Position numbers and translations under genes: made by a program. A DNA stretch of 64,000 nt from the NCBI GenBank assembly GCA_012026655.1, contig JAAILG010001574.1, positions 1 through 64,000 on the forward strand. Direction: 5' to 3'. Of the stretch, positions 51,741-64,000 are shown one piece after another (within the stretch, counting starts at the first letter, position 1; each line of letters begins with the position of its first letter). The notes beneath the pieces were generated by a model. That model worked only from the letters and a program-made list of their open reading frames with translations. It ran no database searches and was not told the DNA's origin. The DNA is from Hydrolagus affinis (lineage: Eukaryota).

Positions 51741-51866
51741 GCTCCAAGTTACACGTACGGAGGCCACAGCAGCCATGTCACCAATGTAAACTTCCTGCAC
51801 AATGACAGTCAGCTGATCTCCACTGGTGGGAAGGACATGAGTGTGATGCAGTGGAAGGTGATTTAA
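51741..51866 (+). CDS. EML1: EML1 last coding exon, 126 nt including TAA
   Basis: APSYTYGGHSSHVTNVNFLHNDSQLISTGGKDMSVMQWKVI*; tcccag acceptor. Confidence 0.95.
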   Translation, partial: APSYTYGGHSSHVTNVNFLHNDSQLISTGGKDMSVMQWKVI

Positions 51867-53130
51867 AATGGACCCCTCTGCAACATGGAATTTGCTTTGG
51901 ACGTCACAGCCAATACGGTATAACATTAAGATGGAAATTAATTTTTGCTGGGAGTTTTAAACTGCATCCGAGAACGAGCGAAGTTCCTGCGCTTTTGCAG
52001 TCTACCTTTGGCATTTGTGTTCAAATGGCAATTTTATTCAAACCTCAGGAAACTAAAGCCTCTGCAAGGTTACTGGTGCATGGTGTGGTTTGTGACTGCT
52101 TTAGCAGTTTCTGCTGATTATGTTAGAAAATAAAAAGACAGACTTGCTCCTGGTTTTTACTGGCTCCAATAATGTGTTTCTCTGTGGTAAAGTGAGGGTA
52201 TATCTGTATACTAATGTACAGTATTGTTTATACGTTTATTCCCCCCCAACATAATGTCTGTAAACACAAAAACTGTCATTTAAACTGTAAGGATAAGCTG
52301 TAAGAAACTGTTTACTATCAATGCTGTGTGCACTAAACTTGTACTGAAAGCCTTTAGCAGACATTGTGCATAATAATAATGTGTCTTAAATCTAATTGTC
52401 GGTCTGTTTTGTATCTACGTGTCAGTCGGTTACTAAAGCATGGGGAGACTGACTCCAATCGTCCTGCTGGTTGGAATTGCTTTGTGGATTCCCCTCTCCC
52501 TCCTGTCCCGCTCTCCCTCCACCCTTTCCCTCGAATCCCCTTCATCTCTCTCCCCATAGACTCCCCTTCCCAGGAGTTTGATCCTTGAGCAACAGTTGGC
52601 TTATAGTTTCACTTAAGAAATATTACCAAATGCACTCTTCAGCCTGCAGAGGCCGGTGTCACTGAGACGCAAGTCGGCACATCTATGACTGTGTGACTTC
52701 AAGTCTCTCTCCCCATAACCCCAGCAACAGATCAAATGTATGGATGTTTTATCCCAGTGTAAACAGAACAGCATTTCTGCTTGTGTAGCCAACAGCAGGA
52801 CACAGGACAGGTGCACGAACCGGCAGGTGAAACAGCTCCAGTTTTCAGCAGGATTATAAAATGTCCAGTTTACATTCAGAATGTCTGTAGAGACTTTTGC
52901 AATTGGTACATTCTTCGACAACACTAAGGTGCAAGCACTTGTTTTTGTGACTGACCGAAAATAAATTAAAACTGCTGAAAGGTACTGATGTGAATATGTG
53001 TGTATGTTTACTTTCCTTACCCTCGCCTACAATGAAGTAAACAGTAATTATTAAAGTGTAACCTTGTTTAAACTTTTGTTTATCTGCTTTCGGTGTACAT
53101 CTTTTGTAACTGTATATTAATTAAACACAA
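51867..53130 (+). other. EML1: Probable EML1 3' UTR with candidate polyA signals
   Basis: Repeat-free, TGTA-rich sequence after the stop; AATAAA at 52129-52134 and 52960-52965, ATTAAA near 53120; true 3' end unknown. Confidence 0.55.
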
Positions 53131-53451
53131 TTACAAAAAGACAGGTTTGTAATGAACGCTTATCTACTGGATGTTAACCTGATAAGCAATCAAGTGTCCT
53201 TGATATTCAAACATGTCCTGATAAAAAGTGATGCATATTCTTCAAACGCCAATCCAGTAATAGAAGTAATTAACAAACAGGGGAGTCTACTGGTGTGTTC
53301 AATGGAACCTGATCTGAGTAACTTGTATTATAAGCGCTCTGACACGCTACCTCACGTGAAGGGTGCTATACAAATGCTAAGTTGTTGTTGTGTCTTTATT
53401 ATTTATTATTGTCTGATAACCAACTGAACTACAAGAGATTTGAAAGATTGT

Positions 53452-53953
53452 AGAATCCTGCAGCTCAGTTGTTAGAGCACTCGTCTTACAAGCATGAGAC
53501 CTGTGTTCGAATCCAGGCAGGTCAGGGCGAAACCTTGGGCAAGTTTCCTTACTTCACACACCTAATAATAATCTGGCCAAAAAAAAACCACAATAATTAA
53601 AATTAGTCATTTCAATCCACAACTGTTTGTGGGACACTGCTGTGCGCAATTGGCTGCCGCATTTTGCCCACAAATATACAGTCAATTCACTTTACAGTAC
53701 TGTATATTCTGTGAAGCATTTTGAGATGTCGCTAAGATGTGAAAAGCCCTGTATCAAATGCAAGGATTATTATTATTATAAAATAATAATAATTTGGTAA
53801 CTCAATTCACGACTGTTTGTGGGACACTGCTGTGCGCAATTGGCTGCCCACGAATATACAGTCACTTCACTTTGCAGTATAATCTGTGAAGCGCTTTGAG
53901 ACAATATGAAAAGCGCTATATCAAATGCAAGGATTATTATTACTATTATTATT
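53452..53953 (+). mobile_element. SINE with tandemly duplicated 3' half
   Basis: Full copy to ~53780, followed directly by a second body and tail (actgtttgtgggacactgctgtgcgcaattggctgcc...gcaaggattatt). Confidence 0.85.
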
Positions 53954-55424
53954 TAACTGCAAGTGTTGAGAGTTCCAAACTCACAATGCAGGTAAACTGC
54001 AATTACCAGCATTTCAAGAGATGTTTGGTGGGGGGCGCGGGGGGGCATCTATGAATTAGTTTCACCCACAGCACCTGTGAAGTTCCTCCAACTCAACTGA
54101 ACTACCCAGCAATCAATCACATGGCTAGCACAAGACTGCACAGAACGCATCTCATCAAAACCTGGAATCCATCAGAAACATTGCTACTGTGAGTCTGAAT
54201 TCCTTTTCCCTTTCCCCTCCACCCAAATGTGGACTACATTTATTTGCAATCCATTTTCTACTCCTTTCCCGGAATCTAATTTTTGAGCATTAATGTATAG
54301 CAGTGATAAAACCGTGATCGTATTTTGCATTGAAGTACATGGGTCTATCGACCAAGTGACATTATGCTACAATGATAATCAGGATTGAGAACTGCTTTGG
54401 GTGACCTCAGCGCTATTTTATGATGGATCGGTCATTTAGGAGTGACATTTCCCATAATTTCCATTCATGTAGGTGGTCATTTACTGTGATATTGGTAAGT
54501 GACTGACAAATTGCTTTGGTTCGAGTGGACTTGCGCAGTTGATTTGTGGATCTGTACAATATACACTTCCAAAACTCCTCAGTTGAAAGTCCAAATAGAC
54601 CATAGGAGCATTTGTGAAATATGTAAATAGATGGAAGTGCATTTTGTGTAAATCATGAATTATATCCTTGCTTCCGAAGATTACAACAACAACAACAACA
54701 ACAACAAATTACATTTATAGAGCGCCTTTCACGTCGGGAGGACGTCCCAAGGCGCTGAATTACAAATTATTCGAATCTAGATTACAAGGACAGGACAGAG
54801 GGAGTGAATTACCGGTGGTAGATTTTAGCTTTGGGATCATGTGTCTCAAAGGACAAAGACTGAGCATGAAATAAAAGTTGTTCATATAAGACAGAGAAGC
54901 CTTTTCTGGTTTTGGCACCTCAACCAAAAGGAAAATAAACAAGATTAAGAGGTGACAACAGTGGTGTGAGGGAAAGGATTCACAATCCTTAGCCAGCGAG
55001 ATAGAAGATTTATTTTTGGTGAGTCCATGTTTTTAATCTAGACATGAGCCAAACAAATGCAAAACATTTTGAAGTAATCTACTGTATTTATTGGCCTTGC
55101 AATTTTCTCTTGGCAATGAAAGTGTGATTTGATTTTTACATTTACGGGAAGCTGATTCTAAATCGTTCACTTGGAAACTAACAAAACATTAATCACAATA
55201 GAATCACTCCAAAAAATCTGTGTCCCTCGTATTCAGCCAGCACGGCCTCCAGAACCAAGGGGAGGGAAATACTGACGTTCTTGTGTGTTGAACATAATCA
55301 ATACGACTATTTGCTGAATTCTCGCATCACTAAAGCCATTCCGACTCTGCAGTCCTCAGTGCCTTTTGGTAAACTATTAGACTCTGCTACACCTTTTGTT
55401 TACAACAGTTCTAACTGTACTAAT

Positions 55425-55435
55425 TGACGTCACGT
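55425..55435. promoter_or_regulatory. Perfect CRE palindrome TGACGTCA overlapping CACGT, in a promoter-like segment
   Basis: ttgacgtcacgtag followed by locally CpG-containing, repeat-free sequence; motif only. Confidence 0.3.
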
Positions 55436-58093
55436 AGAGCTGTCAATCCGGTGACACATCGGTGACATTGGAGGCGGTTGTTTTCCATTGCACCTTCCTC
55501 CTCACCGAGCATTTTGCACATATTTTCACTGTGTTGCTTTCTCAAAGAAAGGCGACATTTCTTCCCTCTGTTGCAGTACTTCCTCTGCCTCCTCCTCAAC
55601 TTTAGGGGACTTGAGCGTGTTTGGGGAGGAAAGAGGTGGGGGTGGGGGGGGGGGTTTGGGAGCTGTAATGGACGGATTGATTGTAACTTGGGTGTAAGAT
55701 GTTGATTTGGCCATCAAAGATCATTCTCTAATGCACTGCTTTACGAGTACTACATGACAGCCCTCTGAGGCACTATCCTATGTGAAGAGCGTTATGTAAA
55801 TCCAAGTTTTTCTTCAGTTCCACATTAAAGATCCCATGGTACCACTTGAAAAGAGAAGAGAGTTTCTCTGGGGTCCTGACCAACAATTGCCTAGTTAAAA
55901 TTGTTCCTTTGGTTTTTTTTACACACACACACACGCTTCATGGCTGCTTCTGGGCCCAGTGATAATAATAATCCTTGCATTGATATAACGCTTTTCATGT
56001 CTTCTAGACATCTCAAAGTGCTTCACAGAATGTACTGTAAAGTGAATTGACTGTATATTTGTGATGTGCACAAATTGACAGCTGCATTTGCATACAAGAC
56101 TACAGCTATAACACTTTACAGCAAATCCTGTGAAGTGCCATGAGATGTCCTCCCAACATGAAATGAGCTATATCAATGGCAAAGATTATTTGGTTACAAA
56201 GCACTAGCCTCTGTGGGTCGTGTCCTGATTGCTGTTCATGGCCAGATTCAAGTGCCCTGACAGTGGCGGCAAAAAGTGTGACAGCGCTCACATCATTAGC
56301 CACAAAGAAATGTTTATGACCTGCCTTAGGAAATTAATTACGATGCGCACTTGATTTTAATATCATTATTGAGTTTTGTGCTCGTTTGTGTCTGTAGTTA
56401 AACCATAAATAGTTAAACCATAGAGTGTGACAAATGTGACTTGTCAGTATTGCACGAAGATGTAGTTCCTTTGCTGACCTTTACCGTGTGTGGGACATGA
56501 AGCTGCATGTGATGTTGCGGGAAGACAAGCACTGTGAATTATTGCAGCTCACGCAATTATTCTGGGTTCCCACATAACTGGGTTCACTTCCCTGTGATTG
56601 CGTGATTTACAGTTTCAGGATTTTCCCAATGAGAAACGGGGGCCATTGAGCTACACAGGATTACAGAGAGCTGCTGGGCGAGTTTTGATGTGGTCCCTTT
56701 TTTCTGATGTATTTGTTCACCAGAACTCATTAGTTTAAATTTAATCTGTCCCCAGCCTCCTCCACATCACTTTCTGACAGCTATTCAGCGAGGGAAAGAT
56801 CAAAAGAGGCTTAGCGTCACAAAGGGTGAGATTAGGCAATAAATCAACAAAAACTTTGTATAAAACATTTACAAGAGGTAGAATAATACAACAAAGGAAA
56901 GGAAGGAACAGCACAGAGAAAGAGAGCGTGAAAAAAATCAATGGCCGTTTACAACGTAACATTTTACAATCGATAAAATAGTCAAGGAAAGTACAGGACA
57001 GAGACAGGATGGAAAAAATAAATGTACTGCCGATGGAAGGAGTGAAGATAGATTAACTTTATACCGATGCTTAGAAAAAGAAAACAGTATAAACGTAAAC
57101 AGAATATTTGAACGACTGAATTTAGTCAGGTGGAGTAACTGGGAAAATGTCAAACTATCTTAAGTTTGATTTGTGGAAGGACAGCCATATTTTTGGGACT
57201 ATGTAGGATTACCAATTTGGAAACATCCCACTAGTTTCTTGTAGTATCTTCTGCTACTTCTGATCCCAACCGTACAGCAAGGAGACCTTTGGGAGTAAGT
57301 CAGGTTGGTCGGCCCAATCAATATGAATTTACTTCAGTTACTTCAAGTGGCCCATTGATTTTGAAATCAAATTCTGAAAGTGCAGTCGAGTTCCTTTAAA
57401 GCATACTCCTAGGAAAGCTCTTTAAAGTTGCATTTGTGAACCTTTCCCTATTGTTTGCAGGTCTTACATTAAGTTTACGGTGCCTACATTTTCCTATTTT
57501 AACGGCTGTCTCACATCTATTGGGATTATAGTGGAGGTACTTGATGAAAGTGCAGGAACTGTTTCTCAAGAATATATTTTTTAAAAATTGACAAATAACG
57601 TGGTGGGGGAAATTTGGAGCATTTCACAATGATCAGATGCCATGCATTCAGGAAACCTGGCAATTGCCTTTGTGCGAAGTGCAAACTGATGGGAGTGTTG
57701 TTTCAAAGTCAAGACATCATCATGAAATCGGGCCTTCTGATAAGAGTGAATTGATACCTCGTTGCACACAGAAGCCACTGGGTGGTCTCAGTGAGCTGGC
57801 TGGCTTTACCACTGCAAATGAAAGTCTTAGAACAGAGAGATGTCATTACTCTGTGCAGGAAAGTGCACATGCTCTGCCACATGTTGACCACCAGATGGAA
57901 CTGTGAATTGAATAAATTGTAATTCCACAGAACATGCACTGTGTGTGATTACAGCTGTTTGTTTTACGAAGATTATTAAAAGATTGAAACTCAGATGGGA
58001 GTTGAAGCTTCTTTTGTGCCCTGTGACTCAAGGTGAAATCATTTCAAACGTGTGTGTGTGTGTGTGTGTGTTTTTTTTGACCAATTCTGACAT

Positions 58094-58359
58094 CCAGGCA
58101 GGTCAGGGTGAAACCTTGGGCAAGTTTCCTTACTCCACACGCCTAATAATAATCCCTCAAAAAAAAACCACAATAATACAAATTGGTAATTTCAATCCAT
58201 GACTGTTTGTGGGACGCCACGCCACTGTGCGCAATTGGCTGCCACATTTCGCCCACAAATATACAGTCAATTCACTTTACAGTATATTCTGTGAAGCGCT
58301 TTGAGACGTTGATAAGATGGGAAAAGCACTATATCAAATACAAGGATTATTATTATTAT
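58094..58359 (+). mobile_element. 5'-truncated SINE
   Basis: cagggtgaaaccttgggcaagtttcc...aaggattattattatt. Confidence 0.85.
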
Positions 58360-58599
58360 CCATCAGCATCCTAAGCATTACAATAAATCATCCTGGCTTC
58401 TTTCACATCTGGAGGACGCCTCAAAGCACTTCATAGGATTTACTGTAAAGTCTTACCTGGGACCTGGAAGCCCCAGTCCTTCCAATAGTCCCCTATAATC
58501 CTCCTCTCACAGAGCTTCACAAAAGACCAGCCAAGGACCAGAGGCATCCTACAGTGTATAATGCTCACAGTATGGAAGGAAGGCTGCTTACTGATTAAG

Positions 58600-58845
58600 A
58601 TAATAATAATATTCCTTGCATTTGATATAGCGCTTTTCACATCTTCGAGACGTCTCAAAGCACTTCACAGAATATAGTGTAAGGTGAATTAACTGTATAT
58701 TTGTGGGGGAAACGTGGCAGCCAATTGCGCACAGCGGTGTCACACAATTAGTCGTGGATTGATATGACCAATTGTTTTTGGGGGGGAGTGATTATTATTA
58801 GGAGTGTGGAGTAAGGAAACTTAACCACTGAGCTACAGGACTCCA
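58600..58845 (-). mobile_element. SINE with internal deletion in the head
   Basis: Reverse-complement tail and body, then aaccactgagctacaggactcc. Confidence 0.8.
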
Positions 58846-61276
58846 GGATACTCTTGAAGACGTCAGACACAGGCCAAGAAACATCACCTCTAATAGCAAT
58901 AAAATACAACAACAACAAATTACAATTGTATAGCGCCTTTCATCTCGGGAGGATTTCCAAAGGCGCTGCACAGGGCCAAGGATTTGTGCCCAAGCTGGTG
59001 GTTTAGGATCACCCATGGCAGCACATCACCCTTCCCACTCCTCAACACTTGTCTCCTCTCCTGCAGAGCAACAGCCAACAATCTCAGACACAATTCATTC
59101 CTGACGGGCCCACGGCTAAATGCACCAAATCCTCCCGTTGTTTTCCTTTCATTGACACGCAACAAAAACAAAAGCCTTTGCTAAACAACAAAAAAAATAT
59201 CCTTAGCAAGCACGCTGTCAAACCAGTGAATAGAGCACACAAACCAACCAATTCAAAGGGTCCTCTCTGCAGTCCTAATCATGGCAGTGATGGAAGAGCA
59301 ATTTTTGGCCACTGTTTTGAGAAGTTAATTCACTGCACGTCACATTACATTAATATGCAGTACATCAACCTCACTTTGGGATTTTTAAAAATCTATTCTA
59401 AGCTTAAGGATAGCCTTGACCAAAGCACAGTAGCAAGATCTAGGACCCTGTTGATAAAGCAAAGCATTTTGTCTAGGACTATCCCTAGTATATATATCAT
59501 ATTCCTCCTCTATGTTAGTGATATGCCTGTCTCTGTTGAAGATCATGACTAATATTGAGGTCTTGTTCCATGGTGCCAGGTGGCTTTCTAGTGATTTGCC
59601 AGCTTTTTGCTTGGAGTTTGAACAAGTTGTTCAATGATACGGGCATGACAAGGTTCCCTACCTAGCGATATGTAAAATGAACGTGAGTGGAATTTGGATA
59701 TGGAAACGATCAGTTTCCTCTGTGCTGTACCCTGTGGTCAAATAATCTGTTGGCACTCACCACTTTAGGATGACTAATGAAGAGTATTAACTTAGGTGAG
59801 TTACTTGAGTCTGCAGGCTCCCAATAAACCATAAGATATGTCTCAAAGATGTGATAAGGCGTTATAACAAATGCAACAACTATAATAATTATTATTGTAA
59901 GGCAGCGTAAGTCTGTATTCACGCGAGGTGGAAAGAAAGTTTAGGGTAATGTACTTCAGTGTCAATATTCCAATTGTTTTGACATTTGCCTTAATAATTT
60001 ACAGCACGTTTAAGAGTTATAGATTGATGAATGGTGCCATTCTCATCTGCTTTGCATATGAAAATTGAGTATGACAATTTCTCTGTGACGATTCAAAACC
60101 TGCAAGCCTTATTTTAATAAAACTGGAGCAGTTAAATGAAGTCGCCGCCGACTGTATTCAATTAAACTTCACTCAATGTTAGGCAGAATATATTTGACAA
60201 AACAAAATCACAATTGCAGTATTTCTTAAACGCATTCCTTAACTTATTGAAGGAATGCTTTAAGGAACAGGTGGCGCCCTTCTCTTTGGATAAGTGGTTT
60301 GATAATCCTATATAATCCTTGCTTTTGATTTAGAGCCATTCACGGCAGGACTTCTCAAAGCGCTTCGCAGGATTTACTGTAAAGTGTAGTGACCGTATCG
60401 TGTAGGTGAGCGCGTTAGCCAATTTGCACACAGCATTGTCCCACAAACAGCCATGAAGTGAGTGAACAATTTTATATGTGGAGTATATAGGCTATGCATC
60501 AATAAGAATTCTCTTCATTTGAATCAGACCGAAACATTTCCATATCAATTCCCGTTGTAACATACAATCTTTACAGTCATGAACGTTAAGCAGCAGTTCG
60601 TGTGTTAAACTTTGCAAGCCTGTTGCGGGGAACTAAGCACTAGATGCAGCCAAAGTTGATGACAAAGCTTACTCTTAGAGCTCTTAGCTTGATTACGCTC
60701 TATCTTACTGGCAACCAGCTAGTCGAGGTGGATGTTTCATTAATCGGTGACAACAGTTGATCAAAAGTTTTATCTGCTAAAGAAAACCAGCCAACTGTAA
60801 TATAAAACTCTTCTAACCTCACGATGACTGTGTTCCTAAACTCTAATTTTTGAGAAAAAGTTTGTCTTGCTATCCCTGTTTAATTTTCCCCTATCTGTCT
60901 CTAAATTTTTGTCATGGAATTCTATCGGCTGACAACACCGGTTTATTTCACTCAGGCCTCTTGATGGCGGTTAGAGAGATGACACTTTAATCTCATTTGT
61001 CTGGGTTAAGGTTAAACCTGTAGAAACACAGAGATGGTGGATTGCCTGTTCCAATGGGTTATGGCTTGCAGTTGCTCTATGAATCTCCTGCCCAGGTCTT
61101 TTATAGTCTGTTGTGACATTATGGTACATTTGGCACCTTTAACAATCCAGCACAGTCCAACAGGTTCAGAAGTTCCCAATTAAGGCATTTCTAGTATCAT
61201 TTCAGTTCCACCTCCACCCCCACCCCCATCCCACCACCCCCAATCCAATAGATTGCATTTTCCATCTCATCATCCT

Positions 61277-61580
61277 GTCCTGTAGCTCAGTGGTTAGAGC
61301 ACTCGCCTTGCAAGCGAGAGACCTGGGTTCATTTCCAGGTCAGGGCTAAACCTTGGGTACCTTTCCTTACTCCATATGCCTGATAATAAGCCCTCAAAAA
61401 AACAATAACAAATTGGTCATTTCACTCCATGACTGTTTGTGGGACACTGCTGTGAGTAATTGGCTGCCGCGTTTCACCCACAAACATACCGTCAATTCAC
61501 TTTACAATATATGCTGTGAAGCTCTTTGACTGACCGAGAAGTGGTGAAAAGCGCTATATCAAATGCAAGGATTATTATTT
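61277..61580 (+). mobile_element. Same SINE family, full length
   Basis: gtcctgtagctcagtggttagagcactcgccttgcaagcgagagacctgggttc...gcaaggattatt. Confidence 0.88.
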
Positions 61581-61792
61581 TAATTTGAAACCACAGTCTG
61601 AGTGAGTTCGCCTCATTATATTTAACTCATCTACGCCTCTCATCATTTCAAATACCTGGCTGTTATCCTCTTTTTTTCCATTGAAAACAAGTACAGCACT
61701 TGTACTCACAAGTGGGGGCTCACAATTTAACTATTAGGTCCCATTATTTTAGATTCACAGAATCCTCATTATCTCAGATTGACTTAATCCTC

Positions 61793-62112
61793 ATTCCAAC
61801 GCCTGATAATAATCCCTCAAGCAAAAAAAAAAATTGGTCACTTCAATCCACCACTGTTTGTGGGACACTGCTGTGCGCAACTGGCTGTCGCGTTTCGCCC
61901 ACAAAATATACAGTAAAACCTTTATAATCCGGCACGGTTGGGCCCACCACCTCCCGGATTTTGGAGGTTGCTGGTATTTAGAAACTACTTGTTGTAGTTT
62001 TGCTGTACAAGCAAAATTCACTTTCCAGTATATTCTGTGAAGCGTTTTGAGATGTATAGAAGACGTGAAAAATGCTCTATCAAATGCCAAGGGCTATTAT
62101 TATTATTATTAT
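61793..62112 (+). mobile_element. 5'-truncated SINE interrupted by a ~95-bp insertion
   Basis: Family body broken at aaatata|cag by extra sequence at 61911-62005. Confidence 0.8.
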
Positions 62113-63083
62113 ATGGCAGTTTAGCTAGTAAGGGACCAATAGGATGTTCTGTAATACGGGTCTATATACCATTGGTTCCACATTAGGTAACGTGTGAGGT
62201 AGATGCAGAACAAGGCTCTTTCTACTGTTTATTAATATTCTTGTTGTTAATTAGTTATGTTATATGGTTGTTGAATAATGTTATCAGTTTCCTTAAACAG
62301 TCATTTGTGAGGGACAATACCTGAGGAAGGAAATACATCGTACTTGAACATGTACAAGTAACCAGTTTCTCCAAGAACATTCCAAACTTTCTCTTCTCTC
62401 TGTCATCATAGTTTATAACCACGTAAATAATATATATATATATGTATGTGTGTGTGTGTGTTAAAACCAGCCTTATCAAGGCAAGCACTTTGCTTCTAAA
62501 AAAGAAATCCTTGCATTTCATATAGTACTGTATCTCACTGAAAATATCACAAAGGGCTACATAGAGTTTCTTGTAAAGTGGTGATCGCTTTGGAGGCGAA
62601 CCCAGCGGCCGGTTTGCACAGAGCAATGTCCTGCAAACGGCTTCTTAATCGTACGTTCTTAACTGATTTATTATTTTGCTGAGAAGAAACAAAGGTGCCT
62701 GTGAGGTCCTTATCCAGTGCCACACAGAGCTGCAGCACATGTCCTTTCAATTCTGAGACCGAGTTAAGGAGATATTTAATGAGGCCAAGGAGATAATAAA
62801 TATTGTGTGAAATAAACAAGAGAGAAGTCCATACGAGCTATAATGGCCTCTCTTCAAAGCAATTGGCTCTGATTGCTGACAAACCTTTACTCCAAAGTTA
62901 TTGTTTGATTTGGGCTGCATTCCTCTTTACAGAGATCTCACACCGAAAATGAGGAGCATCAAATGCAACAGAATAATACACCTAATTATTTATTTTAAGT
63001 TAAAGGTATTCTTGAACCAAATACTGTATAGCTTCTCAATGATTTCTATTTGGATACACACTGCAGAATGACTTAATAGGAAT

Positions 63084-63252
63084 CATAATAATATTCCTTG
63101 CATTTGACTATAGGCCCTAATCACGTCGTTGAGACATCTCGAAGGGTTTCACAGAATATACTGCAAAGTGAATTGACTGTATATTTTGTGGGTTAAACAC
63201 AGTCAAATTGTGCACAGCAGTGTCCCAAAAATAGTCATGGATTGAGTGACTA
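63084..63252 (-). mobile_element. SINE 3' half
   Basis: tccttgcatttga...cacagaatatactgcaaagtgaattgactgtata. Similar 3' fragments lie at ~121-235, 8548-8660, 23409-23528, 29253-29370, 43975-44053, 48378-48495 and 55962-56060. Confidence 0.75.
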
Positions 63253-64000
63253 GGCATTACAGTTCAGACATAGGCATCCATTTCGCACAGCGCATTTTCA
63301 GGCTTCAAGTCTTGAAGAAGGAAAAGAACTGCACTGCATTGTGATTGTCGATAATGTATCACAAGTCATTGTGGTTGCTTGTGGGCATTCGTGACAATTA
63401 TTTGAGCCATGTTTTCGGTCCTGATTGTAAATTGTATGTTGAGCAGGAAGTTTTCTGTTCTGGAAGAATAAGCCAGTGACACAGGGACAGCCCTGGATTT
63501 AAAGGAATTTGTTGGAAGATATTGTGGCCTGATCCGATTAGGATCAGCTGTTTTTTCTGTTCCATGTGATTACAGGATCATTGTTGCTGTGAGTTTTTGT
63601 TGTGTGTGTTGTGTGTGTGGGGGGAAGACTATCAACCTCTTTTTCTGTAAAACTCTCCTGACTATCTGACACTTTTGCTGGCAAGGCATCTTTGCAGCGC
63701 AGTAGACAACATACTAACATACTAACCACAACACAAACTATTGATTTTATTGTTGGGGAGATTACACTTCAATTTTTTGGGGAAAAAAATAAGGTGAAAG
63801 GCAATTTTCAGTGTATCATTGCACTACCAGTAATGTGATTTTGCATTTTCACTTTGTAAAATAGTAAAACACACACAGACACACACACGACTGAGCTTTA
63901 CTATATTTTGTCTTTTTGTTCAAAAAAATCTTGTGGGTTGTAAATTTCTACTTTTTTTTGTAAAAAGCGAACATCTTGGTGTTTAAAAAAAAGCATATTT

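Larger units (their letters stand above)
17711..51866 (+). other. EML1: EML1 gene body: 21 coding exons in window, 5' exon(s) not identified
   Basis: Hand-spliced exons give one open frame (2381 nt): DDSASAASSMEVTDRVASLEQRVQMQEDEIQLLKSALADVVRRL...KMFLRGRPITMYMP...LKLDWVYGYRGRDCR...STGGKDMSVMQWKVI*. This matches vertebrate EML1 as I recall it. All junctions are GT-AG and phase-consistent. Confidence 0.95.

Noticed and set aside
59049-59552. Longest ORF in the track (167 aa), and most other listed ORFs
   Set aside because: Non-ATG start, no recognisable domain and no splice context; consistent with random or repeat-derived frames
60232-60258. 9-bp perfect hairpin gcattcctt...aaggaatgc
   Set aside because: Too short for a miRNA precursor and expected by chance in 64 kb
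61277-61350. tRNA-like sequences (A box TAGCTCAGTGG, B box GGTTCGATTC-like), many copies
   Set aside because: Each continues into the same SINE body and tail and lacks a proper acceptor stem; these are SINE heads, not tRNA genes

Overview
This is eukaryotic, intron-rich vertebrate DNA. Its repeat landscape (tRNA-headed Deu-domain SINEs with L2-type tails, plus L2 and CR1 LINE fragments) suggests a cartilaginous fish, probably a chimaera or elephant-shark-like genome; that is an inference. The window holds almost all of an EML1 gene (echinoderm microtubule-associated protein-like 1) on the + strand. I traced 21 phase-consistent coding exons by hand from 17711 to the stop at 51866 (2381 nt), covering the N-terminal trimerisation coiled coil, the basic region, the HELP motif and the WD40 TAPE domain. 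The first coding exon is not identified. One intron (36730-38275) is U12 minor-spliceosome type. The most interesting signal is a dense alternative-splicing module in the N-terminal half. It comprises candidate cassette/microexons (19181-19246, 19654-19668, 26169-26219, 34610-34636), a second exon-5-like exon (32447-32478) that stays in frame only with particular downstream partners, and an intronic terminal exon with its own polyA signal (35802-~36455) predicting a short EML1 isoform lacking the TAPE domain. Most ORFs in the supplied track are spurious or repeat-derived. Exon numbers follow my recollection of mammalian EML1, repeat boundaries are approximate, and no searches were run.
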